Shown here: positions 1 through 12,653 of the stretch, in pieces | How positions within the stretch are numbered: the first letter of the stretch is position 1 | How the letters are laid out: the number at the start of each line of letters is the position of its first letter | Source: Auanema rhodensis | Taxonomy: Eukaryota > Animalia > Nematoda | Assembly (NCBI GenBank): GCA_964057225.1 | Contig: OZ059899.1 | Coordinates: forward strand, 5,084,001 to 5,148,000 | Length of the DNA stretch: 64,000 nt | Direction: 5' to 3' | Position numbers and translations under genes: made by a program | The notes under the pieces: model-generated | The model's input: only the letters and a program-made list of their open reading frames with translations | Told to the model about the DNA's origin: nothing | The model's database searches: none

Positions 1-283
1 ATAAATCAGAATTATGTAGAAAAAAACAAAGTGAGGACCAAAAAAATACAATACGAAATGATTGACAGGTAGGCTTGAATAAGCCGTTAAAATCGTGATT
101 CACGGCATAACGGCAATATCAGTTTATCATATCAAGTAATCGAAATGCAGATATCAACAGAAATTATGATTAAAATGTCAACACAAGCTTATTAAACAAT
201 ATTTTTTGCTGAAAACTACCGCAACATTTGGAAAGTGTCTTCATAACCCAACAAGATAGCATGGATAAAGTTAATTGACTAAC

Positions 284-3200
284 CTGGTCGTTTATGAGTG
301 GTGGTGTTGGGGCCAATCCGAATGATCCTCCAAGCATAGGCTGTGACACGGCTGAAATAGAAATTGTTCATACCATTTGAGGAAAATAAAACAATGACAT
401 CTTTTTCAAACGCTTAATGGCTGGGAATTGAGCTGAATGAGGAAAACCGGTTAGTATCTAAGTTTCTCGACAATCTATCTATCAGTTTAGAAACCCATGT
501 GTCTGGTATGCTAATAATGTCAGCGCCATGTGGCTTGTCCATTGTTCTACGACCCTTCTGACCATCTGTCGTGATTACTACTCCATTCCGCCGATCAGGG
601 CAAGGTATATCGTCACAGAGTTTATAGGCATTGACATAAAAACCTAATCATGCTCCACATTAACTCTAATGACGATCTTAACGAGTATTTTACCTCTAGA
701 TTTTATCTCATAAGCATATTGAATAATCAATCTCGTACTTATATTTCCGGGACCATATTTTAGAAGAAAACAAGTTTGCTCAAATATGTCACAACAAGCA
801 AAGATAATTCGTTGTAATTATTGATAATTTTGCTCAAAAGTTGTAGCATTATTTCAATAAGCGTGCGATATAGAGAAGTTGACTCAGAGAGAGTATACAC
901 AGCTATACTCACATTTAATGAACTCCAGCTCTCAATCGATCGAAAAAAAAATTATCGACCTATATGAGCAAAGTTCGAATAATGCTCATAGTTTTCTTTA
1001 AATCGACTATTTATCATGATTATGGATTATATTGACTCGCTGTCACTCATCCACATATTACTCCACTCAAACTTTAATGGTGTACTATACTTAACTATGT
1101 GATAGACACATATTTTTAGGAGGGCGAATCTACCATAAGTTGATAGCTAATATGCTTTTGAGAATAAAAACATATTCTATCCCACGATGACTACAGTCTG
1201 CCCACAACTGTGTGACATATCAGACACATCATCTTTGTCAAAGAAACAAGGTGACATATCAAGCCACGTCATCAACATTCCCATTGCGCGTCTTCCGTGA
1301 ACTGATTCTTAGACGGTGAACATGAAAATAAAATTCTCGAACAATTAAGCTTTTTCAAGCTAACAATTACATGCAAGAAAGAAACGAATCATTTCCACCC
1401 TGGTATATAAAATGTTGACTAATTGTTCTGCAAGAAGATCTATTAACTATAGTTGTTTATACTATGGCAAATATAAATGCGTCATAAGTGAGAAACAAAT
1501 TTTGAGATGATCCTAATAGACAGAATTGACCGTGTACACGAAGCTCGACCTAACTATCCTTGCTTAATGTTTGTTTATTGAGATGACAAGTTCAATAAAC
1601 AGTAAACAAATACGCCAGCTTATGTTTACAACAAACTGATCAATTCGCCACGTAGGCTACAAAATTAGTATACTGATTATAGGCTCACTGTAAATCTTTC
1701 AATCTAACTCAATAAGAAATTTCGCATATAAATTCGAAGCTAAAGATTTCATAAGAACGGAATATATGCTGAAAAAATAAATGAAAGCATACCAGTACAG
1801 AGAACAGCCACTATCAATCAATGACCAAAATAAAATAAAAGTAAGCAATCAATTGATATTTCACTTTGACGTAACCACGTTTAAAAACTGACCAGTTTCT
1901 TTTATTATAATTACAATATTCTTTAAGTTCACGCTCTAATGTAAATTAGAAAAGTTACGGTGGACGAAAACTTTAAATATCTATATAGCAATTACTTTTG
2001 ACAGTCATTCAACGAAGTAATACCAATGATAGTTGTTTTCATTAAGAGCATTATTAATTAACAACACAAGTGAGATATTGTCTAGATACAAAATTGTTAA
2101 CACCGTTGAGAGGATTAGAACGTTGCTATAAGCTAATTAGGGCTCTCTCCACTCGGCATGGGGCCGTTGCACGGTCGAATTCCTGTGGTGATCGGCTCCC
2201 AATAAAATCAGAAGATAGGGAATTACGTTTAGATGCGGTGAACAATGCCTTCAGATGATCTAATCCATGCGATAATGTCTCTTTTTATTTCTCTCTCGTT
2301 CGCCTTCATCAAACAATAGTAAGATAATTATGTTTTCGCATTTTCACCATGGCTATGCTGTATAGCTTAATTTAGGTGACCTCATAGTCGTTCATGTGAA
2401 TACGATGATCAAAGGTAGAGAAAAACATCTCTACGTACCCCCATTTTTTAACCATAAACATGTTGTACTGGTTCACAACAAAACACAAGTTTTGTTTTTG
2501 ACCCGCCTTCTATTCCGTGTTGGTAATTGCTTTGGATAACTAGAACGAGAATCCCCTAATGATGGCAGCTTCTTTGCAACCATACTCACTTAATTTCAGT
2601 AACTATGAATGACCAACAAATTCTACAGCATTAAAAAGCTCTCTTGACTACTAATATCAATTCCCATAGTCATACTATGACTATGAAAAATATTATCTTG
2701 AAAATAAAGGTTATTCCAATAAATAAGATTAAAGATAATCAGAGGTAATTGTATACGGTTCGTTTCAGTTCATTCCTTCTAATTCCTATATAACACCATT
2801 TTTATAACTACAATTATAAATGTTAATTCTCTAGAATAAAGGACAAAACACGGTCAAGTTCTCGCTACAATACTCTAACTACAACTCCCACATTTTTGTT
2901 TGTATGACATTTAAGGTTAAAAAAAAATACCTGAACCCCAAGGCGATGATGTAAAAGACTGGGGGATTGGCCGAGCGACAGATGCTAGCAGTTGGGTTAG
3001 GCCCAAATCGTCCGAACCACTGCTGCTACTGCCCAGTGATTCTGACTCGCTCATTTCAGCCTCCCTGAAAATACGAAATATGAAAAATGAAATAATTCAA
3101 TAGAAACATTGGAATGTGTGTTTATTAGAATACAAAGTATGACACATGGTCTGTGAAAAGAAACAGTGCAATAGGTTGTCAGACATTGGTGAAACTGTGA

Positions 3201-6200
3201 ACCAGCAGGGGGTGCTGAGAGAAAAAGAGAAACGGTCCTATTCAGTTAATCTTTGCTGGTTTATTCAATAACTGATCAACACATAAATAGCTGCTCTAGT
3301 TTATTTACAAAGATGATCAACAGACAACAAAGTAACGCAGCACGGATGAAATTACCCTAGTCATAACATTACTAACTTTTCTTTTTGCCTTAAATATTTC
3401 ACAATATTTGTGCAAAATATAGCAGAATTCTAAAGTAGCTTTCATATTTCAAGAACTAAAATCAATTGAGCTGACCCTCGCGATATCATTAAATAGGCAA
3501 ATATGTAAGCCACCAAATTAGTTACCACTTTATATTGAGAATATAGGAGAAGTTAGTTTTCCGCTTTATCAGCAGTTTTTATCATGTTAGAACTCAATCA
3601 TGATGAAATAGAATAGCAAAAAAATGAGGAAGCATACTAGGCACACGGAAAACAAACTACCACCACCACCAACACCACAAACAAACAACGTTCTCTTCCA
3701 AGTCCCACAATAAATGTTTTTGGCTAAGTGGGCTAAGTTGAAAACTATTTCAACTGCTATGCGTTAAAAGATTTTACACATATATACAATCGTTAGCTTT
3801 AGTAGTTCTATTTGTAGCCGGTCCAGTTAAGATAAGATATTTTGCAATCTAATACTAGTAGAGATAAGAACTATAGCTATCGGTCGGCTTGCATCGTCTG
3901 TGTGGTCTTATGAGAGGAAAGACCCCTGCCCCATATGGCCACTCGGAAAATCGACAGATGGCCACCCAGGTGGTGGCACCGACTTCAACGCCTCACAGTC
4001 TCAGTAGTCTTTACTTTTTGGAAAGACGATCTTTTTTCACTGGATCCTAGTCAAAACCAATACGATCCTTTGAAAACAAACACTCGTTGATTTTCTATCA
4101 TAATTTTAAGTAATATCAAATCATTGACAACTATCCACTCCCCCCCTCTTATTAGTACCATCGATACTGGAGAAATCAGAAACAGCCAAGAAGAAAGCGA
4201 AGTAAGAGTGGTTCCGTAAAAGCCTGCTTCACTCCAGCTACTCAATCTATCTGCTTCTCATTCTTTCTATTCGTTCTCTCGTTCTTCCTCTCTACCACTC
4301 ATCATCTCTCAATGGAGCGTCGTATATACAAGCATAGAAAGGAGAATAGTAGCAGATGAGACTATGCGGACTGCCATAATTTAAAGTCACAATTGCAATC
4401 AACATCAATCTCATGTATTTATCTTATGACGACGTCAGGCGTAGCATCTTTTGGTCATAAGATTCGTCTTAGCACATGCCTCTATTCAGAAAGAAAATCA
4501 ATTAAGCCACACATCATATTGCTTAGAACAGGTCTAATGAGCTATAATGACAACAAATCGTTGATTCATTAAACTGGGTTCTAGTGTTTGTGAATACGAA
4601 CACAGAAGGAAATCGATGCAATGGCACATTTTCAAAGACGCCCGCTCCGGTATTGAACAACGGAAGGCAATGACGACGGGTGTACGTCCAGTCAATGCAG
4701 CTGCGGATAGAATTGACAAGTTAGCCAGAATAATCAGATGGAGAATGGTCTGATTCGCAGTGACCAAAAATAATAATAAAACAAGCGAACATAAAAGATG
4801 GCAGGTGTTTATGGAATGCCATAATTAGAAATTGTGTACTATTTGAAATAATGGTAAATATAAAGAAAATAGATGAAAGTTGACAGGCGGAAAGTAGTAA
4901 AGATGTATGGAAGGCGAAAAATGAAGTAAGAGAGATAAGTTTATATACAGAAATTCTATCGTTACCAAAAATACTAAGATAAAACTGGTAAAATTCCAAT
5001 ATTATCATAGAAAGCAAGCTAAGACTTAACAGCTTAATATCAGATTTTAAGAAATGGAGACAAATATTGATGATTTATCGATTATTGGTGTCATATGTAT
5101 TTAAATGAATACGCTGGCTTCCCAGATAGAATATCAATATTTAAGTAAGCACAATGGAATAAAACTAAAATTTTATAAACTTTGTAACATAAAGTATAGT
5201 ATAAGCTCGAGACTAACATCTTCAAGCCTTCGGCGAAGAAGTATCCGAATCAAAATGCATGACGGCTAGACTGACTAGTGCTCACTGGGTAAGAAATGGT
5301 GCGAGAGATCGACGAGAGAATGAGAGAAATGAAATAGGTCGAGATAGATAGAGAGACCAAGTCAGAAGCAGAGATGCACGAACGAGAGAACCAAAAAGCG
5401 AACACGGTCAAATGGAGAGGTTGGTTCACCAGACGAACGCGATGAGAACATATTTGAAACGAGGAGAGGGCTAAGAAGCAGATTGCACGCCGCACCGCAG
5501 AATCGCATGCGACACCATGCGACATCATGCGCGATTAGTAACCAGGGGAAAGCTGTGCAGTAGAACGTTGGAGTCAGGCAGTAGAGAAAGAAACATGGGA
5601 AAGACAGAGACGTAGAGCAGGTAAAAACGTGCACACATTTCATTTAAACGGTCAGAGAGAAGAAAAAGACCGATAGATAGGAGGGGGAATCGGGGGAAGA
5701 GAGCAAGTAGAGGAACTATACATTATCCGGTCGAGAGAAGCAGAAGAGAGATACACACCGAGAAAGGACAGAAAGAGAGAGAGAGAATCCAGTCAGAGAT
5801 GTAGACTAAAAGGGGAAAAAACAAGTAAAATGCGCACATACAATAGATACTGATGGAGAGAGAACAGAAATGACAGAGAGAAGCATCGCCAACAAGTGAA
5901 CAAGCAAAACAAGCTTCACGATAGTCCTTCATTCCTTTCGTCCTCTCTCTTTCTCTTCTCTATAGAGCAACGGCAGTTGTTTTTCAGTTAGTGCTGGCAA
6001 AAGCAGGCCTATCCAATTAACCAGCTCTACTAACAAACTACTCCATAACTAATATCGTACAGCAGCCAACACAATGAAAGCAGTCTCAAAAAAGGATATA
6101 GTTCAAATGGAGATTGACATGCAGTCCAATTCTCACGCAATTCTTCTTGAAGTAGCATTTGATGAAACGGCTTGGTCATTTTTGACCACTACTTCTTCAA

Positions 6201-9200
6201 TGGGGATTTATAATGATAACTCATTGATAAGATAATAATTTGTCTTTATCAAATAGTTAAACATCGTATAAATCATTTCCAGGACCATCAAAAAACTGAG
6301 CAATCGTCATATTGGAAAGCGACAGCTAATGGATCAAATTCAGTGCACTTGAATTCATGATGGTAGAAGCAACATGAGATCCTAAGTTGTAACCGGAGAT
6401 GAAGCCCCGCTTTCTAATATAAGAGCTGGAAAAATACTTAACAGTTATGTTTTCAGTCCATATAAATAAACTAAATACAATGTAAAAAAAAAAGAAAAAA
6501 ATTCGTACCATTCCTTACATTAAACTAAGAGGAGCAAATGAATCGTAGAAAAAATTTGTATATCTTTGTATATGGTATATATATATATATATATATATAT
6601 GGTTAACCAAAATAAGGGAACCTTGATATCAATAAAGTAACATTCAAGATATTTATGAAAAAAACATAAATAGAAGCTGATTTAACAATATATTATTTGT
6701 CTGGCGCAGACATATTGGAGTTAATAAATGAAACGCCTTCGATGCAGCCGATGCTACGCCAAAATCAGATAAAGATGCTTGAATCGAAGCAAAGCCATCA
6801 TTCGTAATAGATCTAAACAAGGCTATCTCGTTGCCTATTCATGTGAACGTCTTAATAAGCTTCTAAGGCAATACTTGAAAAAGTGAAGGCTTAACCACAA
6901 GGATATAAAGAGAAAGCAGTTTACTTCTATATTGAAGTTTTCTCAATGATTTCTACGTGTTGCATACAATCACATTTTTTATATGTCACTATTTAGAACA
7001 AATAAAATGGAAAATGAAATAATTATATATTAGAAAACTACCCAATATAGATGTGCTTTGTAGTAAATAACTATGAAAACTACAACCTTGCTTACGATGG
7101 TTTCATCCTTCTTCCTCTTTCAGTTTCTCTGTCTATGCGTCCAGCGACGATAGCAAAAAAACAACAACAACTCTACTATTACTACTACTAGCACTGCTAC
7201 TACTACCGCAACCATCGCATCAACTTCACAATAGCCCGATAACTATGTTGGCTTGTGTACGGCGTTGCCGGGGTATAAATACTGTTGTTATTCGAATAAA
7301 CAAGAAAGACTGGTTATTCCATGAGTCGATGGGATAACTATAATGAGAACTTCTATCGCCTTACAGGCAAAAGCTTGCAATTATAATCAGTTACAGAGAT
7401 CAGAGATGTTTGTGGACAACGACTTCTCAAGAAACTGTCCAAGAGAATGTTTTCAGATACTATTAATAGTTTAAGCAAACTTGGGATATGCATATATAGA
7501 ATGAAATTAAAAGATGTATCTCAAATTGTCAGAAAAGGTACATAGAAATGGGCGCTACACAGACTGAGAATGATCTTTGGTCAATGGACATGATGCAAAG
7601 ATGTTTAGATGGAAAAATATAAGATAGGGAAGAACAATCCGCACAGCTTGGTTGGATTACTGAGAATGCGGTCAAACTCTAAAACCTCGACTCTCGGCCA
7701 CAATCATTTCTAAACAGCTTTCACAAGGTTGCTTTTCTGAGGAAAATATAACTAACCGGTTGACTTAATTTTTGGAAACGGGCGAAGTCAAAATGTTCAT
7801 TTAGAAAGCATATAAGTATCAAAATTGTTCTACTGATTTTAATTGATTCCGCACTTGACATTCTCTAAGAGTTAGAAAACAAGAAAATACATCTATATAT
7901 TCTTTTTGGAGAAGTAGCGTCGAAGTGAATGCTGGAAGGCGTATAAAGAAAGAGAAGGATATGGAAGGGAAAAGAGTGGACAAATCGACGCCTGGGGGGC
8001 TTCGTAAGATGCATAAATGAGATACGACTGGCTATCTAACAAGAAACAACAATGTGGACGATAGTCAAACTAGTACTACTATATAGAATGAGCTTTCTCG
8101 TATAGAATGGCAATAGAATGCGGAACATCATCAGAATAACATAAGCAGATGAATTGAATTCATAACCTTTTCAAGAAAGGAAAATTAACACCTGTCAGTT
8201 TGTCAGAATGGACCTCATCTGCCAATTTATAACTTGATCCAAAACTATTTCCAAAGAAATTCATCTTTTCGAGGTTTTAATACATTTGCATAGCAGCATA
8301 CAAAGCTAATTTGTAATTCTAAGAGATGGTTTAACTAGAAGAAAAAATGTTCAACTTGTGAATATAACGAATAGTTTGGGGAAACGCAATGATACTAGTG
8401 ATAAAAATATGTAAGATACTTGAGAAAGAAAAGATGTTAACGAGTATAACACGCTGACGTTCTGCGTTCAAATCCACGCATCAAAAATTCTAGGCTCTCA
8501 TTTTCAGTTGGTATATTGACACATGAAAACAAATATGAAAATGAGTCTATAAACTATAACATTTTGTTTGTGATTTCGAAGTGAAAATTAACTATTGGAA
8601 ACCACGTACAACTTTCCAACAACAAAAGGGTTAATTGTAGAAATCGTTCAAAACTTAACAAAATAGGAAAAAAATGAAATGTGGCTCAGCACCAACACAT
8701 GATGTTTTAGCAACCAATATTGAATAAAAGACTAGAACAACATGGTCACGAGAACAATCAAAGAAGTCAAGATCGACTAGATGCATATTGAGCTGGAAGG
8801 TCAGGAGAAGCGGGAGAAATGAAAAAAAAGAGCAAACGGTCCCACAAGTATCAAAAAAGGAAATAGCTACAAAACGGATTTGACTATATTTGACTATATT
8901 TATTTATGTCACTTGTCTATACAGCAAAAAATAGACAATTTTACATTTACAGTCGCAACAATTCCATCCGTAATTATCATTATTCACAATGGAAAACGGA
9001 GGAACATACAAGCGCAATTATCACCAGACAATTTCATAAATCCAAGAAAGAACAATAAAACCTGAGATGCAGCACAACAAAAACTATAAGTAACAATAAC
9101 AAAAATAGCGAAAATATATTTTTTCCATTTTTATCAAAAAAAAAAAATTCATCTGAAGAGTTGTTCATGTAAGGTATCTCATAAACTTGTTCGCACGCAA

Positions 9201-12200
9201 AATAATTAAAACTCAAGAAAATATAGATGGAAGAAACGTCGCAATGTCAATATTATAAAATCGTAGTTTACAAATTGAGAAACAGCAAAGCAAATAAACA
9301 AACAAACACAGCAACAGAGAAACCCTCATAGATCAGAAACCGACAGCCGATCAGCGCAATAAGCACATGAGCGCTTTACAGCACAATAGTTTCGTGCGCT
9401 TCTGCCCAACGAGTGTCGTTCCCATAAGCCCCGAAGCAGTGATTCTCTATCAAAAATGAAGTTAAATAGAAAATGGCTCTTTTTACTTGCGATAACAAGT
9501 GAAGCCTGGAAAACAATGAAATATTAGAAAAAAGTCAGTTAATTTGAAAACTGAACTCTTTTTATCTTTACGTGTTTTAGTTATGTATATATACACATGT
9601 AACAAACTATACAAGCACAGAATGAAGACATCATGAATAGTACGTTTGAAACTCTATTTACCATAGATAATTAGAATATATCGTCAAAATAATTCTAAAA
9701 AAATTACAAAAGCAAATGATATCTCAGTTCTATCATGTGTTCATGCACTGATAATGGTATACATTTAACTAACAAGATGCGTTTCATCATGTCTATATGT
9801 TTAAATGATGAAATTTAACATACACGCGAACTATTTTTTATCTTCTAAATGATACAGTCGGCTACTTGTTCAAGAATGTAGATCAAAATTAACATTTAAA
9901 TAACATAACACATCCTACAACGGATGGCAGAAACGAATTATTCAGGCCCACATACATTTTACAGGACCGTATTGTAATCGATAATCCGGCGGCATTAGTT
10001 GGCCAGACGGACTGTTTCTAAATATTCGTACGAATCCAGAATAATAGTTGAATACTTTTAAAATTTGGCCCTACGATAAAGGACACAGAAACCATTTCTA
10101 CAGAGCTTTCACAAGAAAAAGACTTTCATGTTGGTAAAAATCAAATAAGAAACGCATAAGCTAAGTTTTTTTTATTGGATTTTAACCACTTTTTGCTAAT
10201 AACATGTTTCGTTTCCAAACAACTTAAGGATGAATATGATAAGAGTTGATATTCTATGATTACTTGTCTTGGGCAAAGGAATCAATTGATAGAAATGCAT
10301 GACGAGAAATCACGTTCAAGAAATCGATTTTGCTAAGAATATAATTTCAACTTACGGTATAGGAAAATCTAGTTCGAGAGAAGACAACATGGTGATTATG
10401 AAGCTTATAAACCTTGTAGATGAGGTTTCATTCAATTGGCAACGTGAAGATAACTTTCTTTCAACGTTGGTGCGGCAAAGGTGTTATATTGTATTGTATG
10501 TGCAGGTATGCCTGGCTAGTCGGTTGTCGACGCAACAGAGGGGGTGTGGCCCACATACGTATCAACACAGCACCCTCCACCACATGACATGAAATCAAGT
10601 TATATTTCTCCAATACAATTTTTTAACTATCCGGCTCAATCTATCTTCAAGTGATAGAGATACATGATCATCAATGCACTTTACTGGTCATTTTCAGAAT
10701 TCGAAGCCTTAATCATTGCTGTATAGGGTTTCTACCTTGTCCAAGCAATTACATGAAGAATCGCTGTCTTCTCACGTGATCCAGGATGATGGTTCCGACG
10801 TGACGGATAGACAAAGTGGCGAGCAGAGACAAGCAACGAAATAGTGAAGTAGTGCAGAGAAAGAAATAAAGAGAAACTGCGCGTATGGCTAACATAGAGA
10901 ACATTGGTTCATTCTTTTTACCCCTTATCTCAAACGCCTCCGCAGGTCCACAAATTAACAAGTCAGGAAAGCTTGAGGTACTCGAGCCCGTTCCAGGTCA
11001 TCTCCCTCTGTGAATTATGCATAAACAAATATAAGAGAAACAAATGTGCCTTAGCTGAAAGTTCTTATATATTCAGAAATATGGCAATAGATAATTAGAC
11101 ATTGACAGTCGACATAACAGCTATCTGAAGTTATTACAAGCCTGTCAACATATATTCTAGCTATTCAATAGAAAACTTCTAGAAAACTAAATACTCAAGT
11201 TGATAAGCCTGACTGTACCGCTCAACTGAGAGAGGAAAATAAATGAAACCGACAGATTGTCACGCCGTATCACAATCTAACAGCTCATCAGCCTAAACGA
11301 TTCAAACTGTATCTCGCTGATACATTTTGTTTTCTCTTGATTCATTATTTGATCAGCTTGAAGAGAAAACAAAAATGCCAAATTTAGAATTTTTATTTTC
11401 AAGAAGATCAGCGCATTATTGATTTATATTCAACCATGTTCAATTAAAACAGTAGAAGAGAAAAGCGATTTGTTCAAGAACGAAGAGAAGTCCTACTTGA
11501 CGCAAAGTGTTATTTGCTAAGAAATATTCAGAGATATACATCAGTTGCAGTTTAAACAACAAACGATTCGCTGAGACAGAGCAATGATCAAGCCAATCAA
11601 CAACAACAAAGTAGCAACTGTTGCTACAATGACAATGAAGTACAACAGCCTCATAAACTCGTGACTTCATGAGAGCATCTAATTTCTTCCAAAGATATCA
11701 CAGCCAGAACAAGCACAGAGAAGTTTAAAAAAGTTCTCAAATATTGCATAAAAAGAAAAATGGTATACGGGAATATTTTATATTTTCCCCTCATTGACTA
11801 ATTAGCAATATTAAAACAGGAAAAGGTTAGATAGTTAAAATGGCTCTTCAATATTGCACATTAAGACTCAACGCAAACTGAACCTTTGGCAGTCGACTGA
11901 TGTAGCGCAATAAAATGATGAAAACAGGACAAGGGAATACTTTCAAAACACACCCGGAAAAGTTTCATCTATCCTGATGATTTTGTGACAACTTTACTAA
12001 TGCTAACCTGTTTATTCAATCACAGGAAAGTGAATAATTACAGCAAAAAAAGCCAAAATTGGTTAAACCTCTGCAAAACAGTGCATTTAAAAAATGATAA
12101 CTAAATAAATAAGCAAGTAGTTTCTGCTGTGACATTAATGTAGAATTATATTTGATACGATGACCACACACACACACTAACATAATAGTCTCCCAGCCAT

Positions 12201-12653
12201 ATACAATCAGCTATACGGAAGAACAGGGATATTCAGAATAGTTTTATAAAAGAAAATGACCTTCAAACGAGATGTAATTATAGAAATTAAAAGCAAAATC
12301 CCAAATGGAGAACATCTATCGGCAGCGAATGACATATAAATGTCACTTATTAGCAAAAAAAAACAAATTCCGAAAATTAAAGCTGTTTGGCTTCAATGTG
12401 GACAAATATACAATTACTGCAAAAACTTATCCAGCATACTCCAATATATATACGGGCAAATATATATGTATGCGATCATTAAGATAGTTTTAAGCTAGCG
12501 ACGATGCGATCATTACAAATTAGTTAAAGAAAACAGTATCTAGCGGAACAATCAAGATATTGAAAAAATATGTATGCTTTAAATGCAAATCCAAATAATC
12601 TAGTAAGATATAAACAAAATATAAACGTACGTCATCATCATGAAATCTTTCAT
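284..12653 (-). CDS. 5' exons of a long-intron gene continuing past the left edge; tentatively ncl-1/Brat (TRIM-NHL) N-terminus
   Basis: Exons 12653-12631 (MKDFMMM, donor GTACGT), 3064-2931 (TTTTCAG acceptor; EAEMSESESLGSSSSGSDDLGLTQLLASVARPIPQSFTSSPWGS) and 351-284 (TTTCAG acceptor; AVSQPMLGGSFGLAPTPPLINDQ) join in phase. The SSPWG and LGGS(F/I)G segments resemble my recollection of the NCL-1 N-terminus. No B-box or NHL domain lies in the window, and the 12.6 kb exon is the least certain. Confidence 0.5.
6576..6600. repeat. (TA)n microsatellite
   Basis: Read directly from the sequence. Confidence 0.95.

Noticed and set aside
373-432. Apparent extra minus-strand exon (AQFPAIKRLKKMSLFYFPQM)
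   Set aside because: It would leave an intron of only about 21 nt and shift the next exon into a stop.
3973-3986. GTGGCACCGA resembling the tracrRNA 3' hairpin
   Set aside because: A short chance match in a eukaryotic intron; there is no CRISPR array or cas gene.
4421-4463. 10-bp inverted repeat ATCTTATGAC/GTCATAAGAT
   Set aside because: The stem does not extend to pre-miRNA length, and there is no target-site duplication or second copy to suggest a MITE.
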